A stretch of 63,919 bases of DNA, filler included, from Craspedostauros australis (Eukaryota), in assembly GCA_030167865.1 (NCBI GenBank). It is 7 parts of 7 records of this genome, joined end to end, with 100 filler letters (N's around TTAATTAATTAA, not from the genome) between each part and the next. Parts side by side here need not be neighbours in the genome. Positions count along the whole stretch, not along the records: positions 3,033 to 10,003 come from JALAGF010001739.1; positions 10,104 to 24,437 come from JALAGF010001740.1; 5 more parts are not named here. One strand, written 5' to 3'. Both the position numbers and the translations under genes were made by a program. Under the pieces are notes generated by a model. It searched no databases. It worked only from the letters and a program-made list of their open reading frames with translations, and was not told the DNA's origin. Of the stretch, positions 7,248-18,491 are shown piece after piece (position 1 is the stretch's first letter; each line of letters starts with the position of its first letter).

Positions 7248-10001
7248 CTATGTATCAGGAGTCGATGGTAGAGGAGGATCCAAAATGTGGGATTCGCGAG
7301 TGCTGATGCTCGCGCACTCGTCGTTGTTCGCAGGTGCCGGGTATGCGGTTGCTACCAGTACGTCATCGTTCATTGGTGCCTCCGGCAATGTTGGGACCTG
7401 TGGTCGTCCATCTTGGACAATGGGTGGCACCGGTACTGTAGCCATGATGGGTCCCTCCGCGGTCATGGTGGGTCCCTTTCCGGTGTTGATTGTCCCACTA
7501 GTGGTCTTCTTGGTGGACCTGGCTTTGACGATCTCCTTGACTCCCAAGTATCCCGAGGAAATGGTGGATTCCTCGGATTCATCGAAGATCCCCTTTCTCT
7601 TGGGGCGGTTGCTTCGCTTGCTGTTGGCTCCAGAGCTGGATCGTCGCGACGCTTGGGTTCGCTTGGTCGACTTGTCTTCTGGTCGGTAGATGGACCCGGA
7701 ATCATCACTATTGCCTGGTTCTGGGACCGACGCGCTGTCCACGGAATGGTCGGTTGGGATTACGGGCTTTGGTCGAATTTTGTCTGTGTATCCTTGTCCA
7801 TCTCGTGTGGCTGTCAGGATTTTGGACGCTGATGAGGGTCGTGAGGATCGCCTAACGGGGGGTCTGGGATGGCTGGTTACTGCTCCGCTTGCGATCTCCG
7901 CCTCCACGTCAATCACTTCTTCGGAGTCTTTCGATTCCTGATCTTCATCGTGGTATGCCTCTGGTTCAGATTCCTGATGGCTGGCTTCTTCTGTGGTCAT
8001 CTTCTTATCGAAGTATCCATCAGGGATCTCATCCAAGAACCTGCTCTCTGGTGTCTCTCCCACTTCGAGACTGGGTCTGGTGTCTTCGAGGGATGGTATT
8101 CCGTCGACCATATCATCCTCGTCGGTGGGGGGAATGGGCTCGTCCGCGAGTGCTCTCTTCTCTCGTGAGCGGTTGGCGGCGAGGGTGTCGCTTTGCTTTC
8201 GGACTTCTCGTGCCTTCTTTGCCCGTGCGAGGATGATTGGGATCCGGTTCTTCCTTACTTTGAAGAAGTGGCATATGGACGGTTTCCGAATGGTCGCGCG
8301 GAACTCGTCGGGTGGTTCAGCCCATACGCCGTCTTCATTGGAGTAGAAGCACTGTCCATCGGCTATGGCGATGCTGAGGACCTCGTTGGCTTGGAGGTCG
8401 TTGTCCATATATTTGGAGAGGGTGAGAGGGTAGATGGATTGTTTCTCTGCGTAGGTAACGAGGCCGGTTGGTGCCTTATTGTTCCCTTTTGTGCAGTAGA
8501 TTCGGACTCTGCGGCCACTGTACCCAACGACGATTCCTTGGAAGGTTCCCTTCTTTCCTGCAGGATATAGCACCCTGGATTCGGGGACGGGGCAGTGGTT
8601 GCCATCGTAGAATGGGGTGCGCTTTGGGAACGTCATGTTGGGTGCCCTTGTCCGGAATGGGGTGAGGTTGTGTCCAGGATCTCGATTATGGCGGCTCCGT
8701 TTTTTAGGGGAAGGCATGTTCATGTTGCGGAATGCAAAAGCGGGTGCGGTCGCGTTCCGTGCCAGGTCTTCCTGGAGTTCAGCAATCAGCATGTCACACC
8801 TGTATGTTTTGTGCTCAGGTGTGACGAAAGCCCGAGATGTCAGGCCCGTGTGGAAGGAAGTTTCGCAGGTACCTTCTTTAATAGCTGGCATGATGGCTCC
8901 AGGTGGCGGTTTCCGGAACTTGGTCGATGTGGCGACGTGTGATTGGTTGGTTGGCATGATGGGCCCTGTCTCCAGCATGTCTCTTGGGTAGTAGAGGACT
9001 TCGCTTCCACATGATGCCGCGGAGGGATTGATGCTTGAGAGTGTGCTGAATTCGTCGGTGAGGGCTGATGGTGGTGTGTCACCACGTCGGATCAGGAAAT
9101 TGTCGGTAGGCACGTGGTTTTGGTTCGTGGCATGGGTGTCAGTCATGTCGCATGTGACACTGGAATTTCGCGTCTGTTGGCAGTTGGGCGGGGCCGGTGT
9201 GCTCTTGGTGCGTTTGATGGGTCTGGGTGGTTTCCTTTGTGCCGTTTTGAGGGGGTTCGGTTCTTGTTGGGTTCTGGTTAGCCGAAGGGTTTTCGATGTC
9301 GGGCTGTATTTCATGGAGGTCTGTTGATACCTCGCCATGTTCATGCTCATAGTGTGTTCTTCCTTTGGCGGTGGTGGTCCTCGCGTTTCCGTGGCCATTA
9401 GATCAGGATCGTTGTCTGCTCTGGTTGTCCTGCTCTGTGTTATAGCCTGTGATATGGCTTCGCTGTGGTATCCGGACTCATGGATTGAGTTCCGGAATAT
9501 CGTTCTCGACGTGATGTGGTGGAATGGTGTTTTGGAAAGAGGTTTGGTTAGTATGTCTGCGATGTTGTCAACTGATGCAATGTGGGCAAACACGATGATT
9601 CCAGCGGCAATGCATTCCCGGATTTGATGGAAAGCCAATGAGCAGTGTTTCTTCTTCAGTGTCGAGGATGGGACCGTAGTGTTGAGTACCACCGCTTTGT
9701 TGTCTCCGAGCATGATTGCGGGTCCGTCGATGGGGACTCCGAGGTCTCTCAGCATGTAGCGCAGACCTGTGACCGCCTCGGTAGCTATNCTGGCNGCTAC
9801 CAATTCGGATCNGTAGGTGGATGTCTCCACTGTGTTCTGTCGCTTGCAGATGGTCTTGACGATGGTGTTGTTGATCAATAGTACCACGCCCGTCATGGAC
9901 TTCCGTGTGACCTGGTCATGGCCATGGTCGGCGTCCACGTAACACGTGATTTGGATCGGTTTCCCTTTTGGTGTTGGTACTGATACGGGGGTGACTTCTG
10001 C
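7248..10001 (-). CDS. Copia Pol C-terminus (RNase H) continuing in frame into an approximately 750-aa extension of unknown function
   Basis: No stop between RNase H (ends about 9490) and the TAG at 7248-7250; only isolated N bases. Confidence 0.75.
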   Translation of the reverse strand, partial: AEVTPVSVPTPKGKPIQITCYVDADHGHDQVTRKSMTGVVLLINNTIVKTICKRQNTVETSTYXSELVXAXIATEAVTGLRYMLRDLGVPIDGPAIMLGDNKAVVLNTTVPSSTLKKKHCSLAFHQIRECIAAGIIVFAHIASVDNIADILTKPLSKTPFHHITSRTIFRNSIHESGYHSEAISQAITQSRTTRADNDPDLMATETRGPPPPKEEHTMSMNMARYQQTSMKYSPTSKTLRLTRTQQEPNPLKTAQRKPPRPIKRTKSTPAPPNCQQTRNSSVTCDMTDTHATNQNHVPTDNFLIRRGDTPPSALTDEFSTLSSINPSAASCGSEVLYYPRDMLETGPIMPTNQSHVATSTKFRKPPPGAIMPAIKEGTCETSFHTGLTSRAFVTPEHKTYRCDMLIAELQEDLARNATAPAFAFRNMNMPSPKKRSRHNRDPGHNLTPFRTRAPNMTFPKRTPFYDGNHCPVPESRVLYPAGKKGTFQGIVVGYSGRRVRIYCTKGNNKAPTGLVTYAEKQSIYPLTLSKYMDNDLQANEVLSIAIADGQCFYSNEDGVWAEPPDEFRATIRKPSICHFFKVRKNRIPIILARAKKAREVRKQSDTLAANRSREKRALADEPIPPTDEDDMVDGIPSLEDTRPSLEVGETPESRFLDEIPDGYFDKKMTTEEASHQESEPEAYHDEDQESKDSEEVIDVEAEIASGAVTSHPRPPVRRSSRPSSASKILTATRDGQGYTDKIRPKPVIPTDHSVDSASVPEPGNSDDSGSIYRPEDKSTKRTQASRRSSSGANSKRSNRPKRKGIFDESEESTISSGYLGVKEIVKARSTKKTTSGTINTGKGPTMTAEGPIMATVPVPPIVQDGRPQVPTLPEAPMNDDVLVATAYPAPANNDECASISTRESHILDPPLPSTPDT

Positions 10002-10003
10002 TG

Positions 10004-10103
10004 NNNNNNNNNNNNNNNNNNNNNNNNNNNNNNNNNNNNNNNNNNNNTTAATTAATTAANNNNNNNNNNNNNNNNNNNNNNNNNNNNNNNNNNNNNNNNN
10101 NNN
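10004..10103. other. Artificial contig spacer
   Basis: N-run with TTAATTAATTAA. Confidence 0.95.
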
Positions 10104-10615
10104 GGTTCTTTGGGTTTCATCGAAACGAATTTCTGCATGATCTCGGCCTTGTCCTCGGCCTTCGTTGTGGCCGCTCCGGACTTGACCGCGCCGAATGCGG
10201 ATGTTGGCTCCGTTTTGTCGTCGGGGGCTTGGAATCCGTCAAGCAGTTCGTAGAGGAGCTCCGCCTGCTCGACGTCCATCTCGGAAGTCTCCGTGAGGAC
10301 CTCAACGTCTTCGAAACTCGCGAATTCTCCCTCGACGGACTCATCTGTTTCGTCAGCGATGGTTGATCTGTCGCCGAGAGGGGTATTTGCTTGGTCAAGG
10401 AGGGAACTGTAGAAATCCATATCCTCGTCGGCAGGCACACCATTGGGTTCCGTGGTGGGCTCTTCGAGCAGCCCCTTGCTATCCATCAACGGAGCGATGT
10501 TGACCTTGCGCATAGCTGCGGCACGCGGGATGACAGGCCTTGCCATCTGAAATGCGGAGCTCGGGCATGCCCAGAGCAATCCGGCCACGGCGGCAGAAAT
10601 GATGTGGATTCTCAT
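10104..10615 (-). CDS. 5' part of a plastid-targeted paralogue of the neighbouring lipoxygenase (truncated by gap)
   Basis: MRIHIISAAVAGLLWACPSSAFQMARPVIPRAAAMRKVNIAPLM versus LOX MRFQIVSAAAASLLWACPSAAFQMVKPAISRAAAPRNVNVAPLM; second block EDVEVLTETSEMDVEQAELL versus KDLEISSDASSMDAGDAALM. No catalytic domain visible before the gap. Confidence 0.65.
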
Positions 10616-13051
10616 GCTGACGGAGGCTTGTTGATTATGTTGTTGATCGTAATTGTGATTGTGATTGTGTGTGGTTGACGGATTGGTTTGATTCGATCTG
10701 GCCGAGACGTGATGTGATGTGATGTGACGGCGATCGAGTTTCAAAGTTTATGAGCTGGACGATTGTAACGATGGCATGTCGACTTTTGCCGTTTGGATTT
10801 TCGAAAAGCGCTGTGAGAAACAAATGAAGTGGCCGCAGCTGCTGCGGTCATTGCAGTATTGCCTCTGGCTGCTGTCGCCGCCATCGTTGCAGCTGTTTCT
10901 TCCTCCCCTTGCCGGTACTGATGACGGCGGTCATGGTTGCTGTGGCGTTGTTGTTTCTCGTTCTTCGTTGTGCGACTGTCCCTTTGGGTGTGCAGTGATG
11001 TCGTGGGCCACCTCGATCTTCTTCTCCTTTTCCTTGTGAAGTTATCAGTGTTGTTCGTCATGTGTTGTTGATGTTGAATCTTTGTGGGTATGGTGAGGTG
11101 GGCGAAGTGAGGTGAGAACGGAATAGTGCATGGAGGATTTGCACATCAAGATACCGTGTTCTCCCATCATTCCCACCAGGTTTCTTTCTGTGCAAGTCGA
11201 AGCCAGATTGTTCCCCTTTGCCACGCCACGATTGGTTGGATCAATAAATCTGAAGGTCGTATCCACAATTGGACGCCAAGAGCACGGATTAAAACACTCG
11301 TCCCCTTCGCTATACTTGTTCTCACACTTTGCTTCGGATTTATTGGATCACCACCGTGTGAAGCTCGGTCACAGGAACAGGAATCAAAGATCCCACTTGC
11401 GGAGGCGAAGAAGAACAATGTCATTCGTTGTCGGAAGAGCACGATCCCTGCACCCGAACATGCACACTCGTGCCTCCGGAAGACGATGGGGCAGTTGGGA
11501 TCGCTGTCGATGACATTGAATGATTTCACCTCACCCCAACGATGTTGGGAAGCTCCACAACGTTCTTCCTGCCTGGCTGATGGGATGCATGTGATGATGA
11601 TGAGATCTGTGGGAACGAGATCAAATGAAGTTTGGCTAATAGTGTTGTATCCCAGAGGTTTCGAAAGAGATTTATTGCAGAGGGTGAAACTGAGAAGAGT
11701 CATGTGGATGAGATGGTGGCAATGCAACAACCTGTCCGCTGGGATCGAAGATGATTGGATGTGCTTGATCCAGTGATAGCATCGAATGAGTTGGTGATCC
11801 TGCAGCGATCTCGCCGATTGCTCTTCTCGCGATCTCTCCCCGCCTGTGGATGATCTGGCCTGGCGAGGCTCAGAGAGACCAGTCATTGCTATTGCTGTTG
11901 CTGTTGCTACGAGCACTATCTGGTGCAGCTTTAAGATTCTCGGTCCTCCCCACGAGAAGACTTCTGTATCAAGCGGGGCGGGGGCAGTTCAGATCACTGA
12001 AGCGCCGACTTTGAAGTACGCGAGTCGGTACCGATATCATTGCAGAACAACATCACATCGACTTCGACGAACAAATCGATTCGAATCGGCTAGAGCAAAA
12101 GCGATGCTTGAAGGGGTGGCGGAAGCGAGACGCAGTACCATCCGCAAATCCTCGCATCCAGTATGTTCCTCTGTTTTGCTTGGCGTCATGTTCATGCTGC
12201 CCTTTCTCGATCGACACTTGGTCTGGAGGTGTCACAAGAAGGGGCACCCTCGCGAAAAGGTGAGAAGCATCAACGTTCACTTGTTTACCCGGAGCTTGTC
12301 CCATCCATCCTGTGAGCAGTATCGCAGAGTCCCACTGAATGATGCTGTCCTTGTCGCCAAGCTCCACAAGACCATGTTTCATAAAGTCGAAACAAAGATC
12401 CGGAGAGTCCTGCTGTGTGTGTGTGAGAGAGAGACCAGCGAGTGGATGAGCTTGATGTGACATGATCGCTTGTGATCCTCGACATTGATGGAGAACCCTT
12501 CTGGGTGCGTCGAATGACAAAAAGGATTCCATCGTTCAGATTTATTGATCCCGCCAACTCAGTCGACAAGTTGGCGAATCTTTCGTTATTGTCCGCCACA
12601 GAACACTCAGTATGGGACTGATTCCAGAAATCGGCTGGCATTTGGGTAATCCTCCATGCATTTTCCACCTTTGCCGATTCACGGAAGGATCCACCATCAA
12701 CAGCACTTCACCAATGACATCGACAACTGCACAACCAAAAAGGAGAAGACGGAGAAGGAGATCATGAAGGAGCCAGAAACGCTTGCACTGGTTCAATGAC
12801 CGAAACAACAACACCATCCCCACCACAGCTCCTTGCGATCCTGCCGCGGCTTCACTTGTCGTGGCCATGAAACCAAACCACGACAGTTGACCATCTCAGC
12901 AGCACCCTCATCTCATCTCATAAAATCGAACGAGACCAAACATCACTCCGCTCGCTTCACAAGCCACACAAGCCACACAATAGACCAACACACAAACACA
13001 CAAGCACATCACAAGACAACAACAACAACAACAACAACAAGCTCTGACAGA

Positions 13052-16000
13052 ATGAGATTCCAAATCGTTTCTGCAGCTGCGGCCAGTCTGCTGTGGGCAT
13101 GCCCAAGCGCCGCCTTTCAGATGGTCAAGCCAGCCATCTCACGTGCGGCAGCCCCACGCAACGTCAACGTCGCTCCGTTGATGGAAACCAAGCCGTTCTT
13201 CGAAGACACCATCCCAGACACTGTGGATGCCAACCTCAATGGCAACCTCACCTTGGATGCCGCTCCGATCGAAAATGGCGGCGTTCCTCCGACCACCGAT
13301 ACCGCCGTCATCAATGAGACGGAGGAGGGAACCACGGAGGTGACCATCACGACCGTCCAAAACAACGATCCCAAAGACTTGGAGATCTCCAGCGACGCCA
13401 GCTCCATGGACGCTGGGGACGCGGCTCTCATGAGCGAGTTCTTCCAAACCGGCGGAACGACTACTGTCAAGGTGGCGCGCGAGCCATCCAGGCTGCAGAA
13501 GGCCGTGGCCGAGGGCGGCCCACTGTCGCTCGTCCTCCTCCCAATCGCTGTCGCCGAGGTTTCGGCACAAGCAATGGCCGATTACATCATCCAATCATGG
13601 AAGGCCACAGTGCCTTCCGGCGTCCGCGTCGTCCTCCGCCTTGCCGCGAAGGACTTCCGTCGCGGTGCCGTCGATGCGGAATGGTTCAAGCTGATCTTCG
13701 ACTTCGGCCTCTACGGAACGGTGCTCAATCTCAAGGGCGCAGGTCTTGGCACCCAGCTCAACACTTCCTCCGTCATCAACGTCGTTGCCGAGAGTCTCCC
13801 AAAGGCCCTCGTGCCCAACGCCACCTACGAGTATGACACCTATCCCGTCCACGCAGAGGTACGTTCTTCCGTCTGGGATTGCGCGTTCACGCCCATCATT
13901 TCGTTTTATTACCCAAGAGAGGAGCGGCCGTCGGCATGGCGCTTTCTTTCGCTCATTTCCGAGCTCACATGCGCTCGCATTCACATTCACATTCATTGTA
14001 TTCCCTCTCCAATCCGACATCTCTCTCACCCATTGCAATGAACAATCCACAATGCTCTACATTCCTCTGTTCCGTATGTGGTACACCACAGTACCCCCAC
14101 AAGAGCCTCAAGGGCATGATGAAAATGGTCAAAGGTGTGCCACACCTCGAATACTGGTTTTCTTTCAAGAAGATCTTCAGAGCGCTGACGTTTACCTTGA
14201 AGGGTTCTGCGGGGCTGGCCGTCAATCCGCTCACGATCAACGATCTCCCCTCGCAGGAGAATTACGAGAAGATCTTCAAGGCCGAGGGACCGTTCGGACT
14301 GGAATTCAAGAATCCGTTCCTCCCGTTCCCACAGCAAAGCTACGATAATTGGAAGGAAGATCAGGAGTTCTCCCGCCAATTCTTGAACGGCGTCAACCCA
14401 GTCATGATCGAAGTCGTCAAGGACAGCAGCAAGCTCACACCCGAGCTGCTCGAATTCTACGACAAGGAGGATATCACCAACATCACTGCTCTTGCTGAGG
14501 CCAACAGGCTCTTTTACGTCGACTACATCGGCCTGGACGACCTCGAGAAGAACCCTCACCAGGCATACCCTGAAGCGTACAACAACCTCAGCACCACCGG
14601 CGATATGGGCATCTTGGAGCGCGTTGGAAAGGAACCGCGCTACTTCAAGGCCCCGATGATCCTCTTCCGCCAAACCCAGGACCTCAAGAATCTCGAAGTC
14701 ATGGCCATTCAGCTCGATCGTGGCGCTGGTTCCAAGGTCTACACAGTCGGCAACACCAATGAAAGGGAGTGGCTCTTCGCCAAGGCCACCGTCGCAAGCG
14801 CGGATTCTCAGTATCACGAGGTGAGCATGGAGCAATGTGTTTTTGCGCACGAGCATGATGTTCGGCGCATCCACGCGACCAACCACGACCACGGTATAGC
14901 GTGTGTGTTTGTGTGTGTGGATGCCGACGCTGTGTATCTGTGTACTGGGATTCGTGCATCTATACGCGCTTAGTTCACGCCCGCATGAATTGATCCTTGG
15001 AGTGATTATTCGCTGCCTCCTGTACTCATTCTCGTTCATCTTTTCCGCGTGTCCTTTCTGCTACTGCTGATTCTGCAATGTCCATCTTGCTTCATTCGAT
15101 ACACTCCTCCTGCTGTTGCTGCAATTGTCCAAATTCGCGTGTTCAACAGTGGGTGAGCCATTTGGGAAGGACCCACCTGACCATGGAGCCACACATCGTC
15201 GCCATCCACAACACGCTCCGCAAGCACAACCACAAGGTCTACCCGTTCGTGAGACCGATGTGCCGCGACACCCTCCTCCTCAACTTCGCCGCTCGATACA
15301 CCCTGGGCTCTTTCGGACCAAGCAGCTTTGGTGATTACATGACATCTGTCGGAACCGGCCAGTACATGCAGCTCATCTTGAAGTACTGGGAGACCTACGA
15401 TTTCTTCAAGTCCTCCGCCTTCGACGAAGAGATGGAAGGACGTGGATTCACAGACGATGTGAAGCTTGACAACTACCGCTACCGCAACGACGGCAAGGAG
15501 CTTTGGGAGGCATACGGCATCTTCGCGACGCAGTTCGTTGATGAGTGCTACGAGAGCGATCAGGAAATCGCGGACGACGACGTGCTGCAGCTGTGGGCCT
15601 ATGAGACGAGCCATGAAAGCCGTGCGGCAATCAAGGGCTTCCCCAAAAGGTTCACGTCCAAGGCACAGCTTACCAAGACCCTGCAGACCTTGTTCTGGAT
15701 CTGCAGTGGATTCCACGCCGCCATCAACTTCCCGCAATACGATGTAAGCGCAGCAGGCTTGAAAACGATGGCGTACGATGACACGATTCCGTACCAACAC
15801 AACAGCGAGAGGAATTCCTCTTTGCATGCACATTTGCTCGGTTGCATCTTTACAGTGATAAACTCGCAACTCACACTCCCCCTCCCTTTTCCAACTCGTG
15901 CTTTCCATCCAACCAATCAACCAATTACGCCTCCACACAAACCACCCCTCCACACAACCCTCAGTTCTACGCATACCCACCCAACAAGCCAATCGGGTTC

Positions 16001-16336
16001 CGCAAATCGGTCGAAGACTGGAGGGAGGCCGATGGAAGCGAGCGCTGGATGTACGAAGAGGCCATGCCGACCTTGGACACTGCCCAGGAGGCCGTGATCA
16101 CCACGCACGCATTAACTTTGGCATCGAAGCACACCATCCTGGACCTCGACTACTGCTTCGAGCCAACCCAAAGTGGCAAGACCGTGCACGGAAAGAAGGC
16201 GTACCGCACATTCAAGAAGAACCTTGCGAGAATCACAAACAAGATCGAATTGCGCAGCAAGGAGGATGCCCGCCTTGGCGAGCCAACATACGAGTACCTC
16301 AAGCCAGAGAACGTCCCCGCCTCCATCGACATCTAA
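13052..16336 (+). CDS. LOX: Lipoxygenase, plastid-targeted; exons 13052-13858, 14092-14820, 15150-15743, 15965-16336
   Basis: Signal peptide plus AAF motif; 'WKEDQEFSRQFLNGVNP', 'WLFAK', iron ligands 'HEWVSHLGRTH' and 'HAAINF', C-terminal 'PASIDI*'. Three GT-AG introns keep frame. Confidence 0.93.
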
Positions 16337-16975
16337 TTCGCTCATTCATTCTTGTCTGCTTTGGCCACCGCAGCGAGTAGGGGAACCCAACCACACAGTG
16401 AGACAACACTGCCATACACTTCATTAATCCATTTTGTAGAATATATAATAGGAGGCCATGATACTCGTTCGCAAACTGCATCTCCTGCGTGCTCTGTTTG
16501 TCTTGTGATTGTGTTTGTGCGCTTGGTTTTCGCAGGTTTGTGAGGAGGAATTGAATGGTCGTTAAGAACGGTTAAACTGAATCCGTTTGGCGCCAAAACA
16601 TTCTGTTGTGGAAAGGTGCATGGATAGGCCCTATTTTCAAACGAACTCGAATGATTCGTGTATTGTCGAATTGGCGTGACTCACCTCTGTCAACAACAAC
16701 AACGGCGATGAAAGAAATCTTCTCTCTTGTTCGTGTGAAAGTGTTGTGCTGTGCTGTGTCGTGTTGTGTCAAGGAGACGCGAACGTTATCAAGAAGAGCA
16801 ATCTCCGTGGCCGCGCAGCGAAGGCGGCAATCCACATCGAGCACCAAGAGGAACACCACAGACCTGCATCCATCTCTGCCACAACACTCTATTCTACTCT
16901 ACTCAACGCGACAACAACAACAACAATAGCGGCACCTACTCTGCACACTCTCCTGTTACACCAGCTTATCCCACG

Positions 16976-17797
16976 ATGCCGATATCCTTCCTCTTGATGG
17001 TGTAAGTCGGGCGGAGCGTGGCATGTTGTCTGGAGGGGCGAAGCCGAGCTTGGTCATTGCGAGTGTCCCCTTGCGATTCATTGGCAGCCCTTCATGGCGT
17101 TACCGAGTATTCATCTCTAACCCACACTCACCCGTTGTCTTCTTTCACGATGCTCCCTCTCTTCCATCTGTGGCCGTCGTGGTTGCCTCAAAATGGCATG
17201 CGCGATGGAATGTGATTGAATCCATGTTAACACGACCCAATGCCATGCTTTGTCATGCAACGTCGTGCAATGCAACACAACGCGGTACACCATCCAACGC
17301 AACGTAACGCAATCCGCAACACACAATGCAACACGACATATTGCAGCAACAAACAAGGCCAAACGCGCCTCTCTTCGTACTACGAATGGATCAGCATGGC
17401 CGAGCGCACCGCATTGGAAAGCGAGATCATCCGCAAGTGCCTGAGCCGATCCGAATTGCAGTGCTCCTTCCTGGAGTACCGAGGCTACAAGGTGGTCTAC
17501 CGCCGGTACGCCAGCCTCTTCTTCATCGTGGGCACGAAGCCCAGCATCCATGAGACGGAGAATCCGGAGAACGAACTGGGCATGCTGGAGTTCATCCACA
17601 ACCTCGTCGAGACGATGGACAAGTGGGCCGGCTCCATCTGCGAATTGGACATCATGTACCAACTGGAGCAGGTGCACTTCTTGGTGGACGAGATGATTCA
17701 GAACGGCCATATCGTGGAGACCAACAAGGGCAACATCCTGCGGCCGTTGGATCTCATGGAACGTGAAGCGCAGAAGGGGGATAGCATCTACCGATGA
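16976..17797 (+). CDS. AP4S1: AP-4 adaptor complex sigma subunit; exons 16976-17001, 17347-17797
   Basis: Spliced MPISFLLMVNKQGQTRLSSYY; 'QCSFLEYRGYKVVYRRYASLFF', 'ENELGMLEFIH', 'CELDIMY', 'GHIVETNK'. GTAAGT donor at 17002. Confidence 0.9.
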
Positions 17798-18491
17798 TCG
17801 TGTGGTGATTGGAACAATTCCACCTCTCTCTAGTTCTTCTTTTTTCATTTGGCTCATGCCATCGACGTTACCCACAAAGCGTAATTGTAGCATGGTGTAT
17901 TGCCATACGTATAGCAGAGTGCTTCGGAGTCGAGATGCTTCGTCGCAGTGAAGGAACTGGACGGCCATTTTGGTCTGCTTGACTGTTCATCTCAGTTTGC
18001 ACTTCTTACGTGAAGGCGCATCGCCACCAATGTTCATGCGAACGAAGCAAATGTTGTGTACAATTGTGTACTGTACAGTGATTCTTTACTTTAGTGGTTG
18101 GATACGATGCGCCATCATTTTCGCAACAGCGGCACACGAGTATGACCACGCTGTGGATCTGCGATTGTATTTTGCTGTCGGCCATAGCGTAGCCTGTTCT
18201 CTCCTTGCCCCGTCGACTCCTCGATGTGTCCATCTTACTGTGGTTGCGTTGGGCGTATCGTCCTTGCTGTGATCGGTCGATGCTCACGATGTGTTCCTCG
18301 TCGGCATACTCGTGGGCGCCGCATCTCGCACTTGCCCGTCGTTGCACACAATGATCTCCAGTGTGCGCAGATACCATAACTGCGACGTGGGACATCATCG
18401 TCTCTCCATGGCAACCGACAAGCGCAAGGTTCACATTCAAAACAACTCGCGAATGCAACCGACAAACCAATTCATTGATTGAATGACCGGC

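Larger units (their letters stand above)
6413..10003 (-). mobile_element. Ty1/copia LTR retrotransposon (family A), 3' part: RNase H, long extra coding region, PPT, 3' LTR
   Basis: Copia RNase H motifs 'PKGKPIQITCYVDADHGHDQVTRKSMTG', 'KRQNTVETSTY.SE', 'GDNKAV', 'NIADILTKPL'; purine tract followed by an LTR-like segment. 5' part lost at the spacer. Confidence 0.88.

Noticed and set aside
11100..12700. Several 100-250 aa overlapping ORFs between the LOX paralogues
   Set aside because: No recognisable motifs or consistent frame; could be decayed sequence but cannot be supported.
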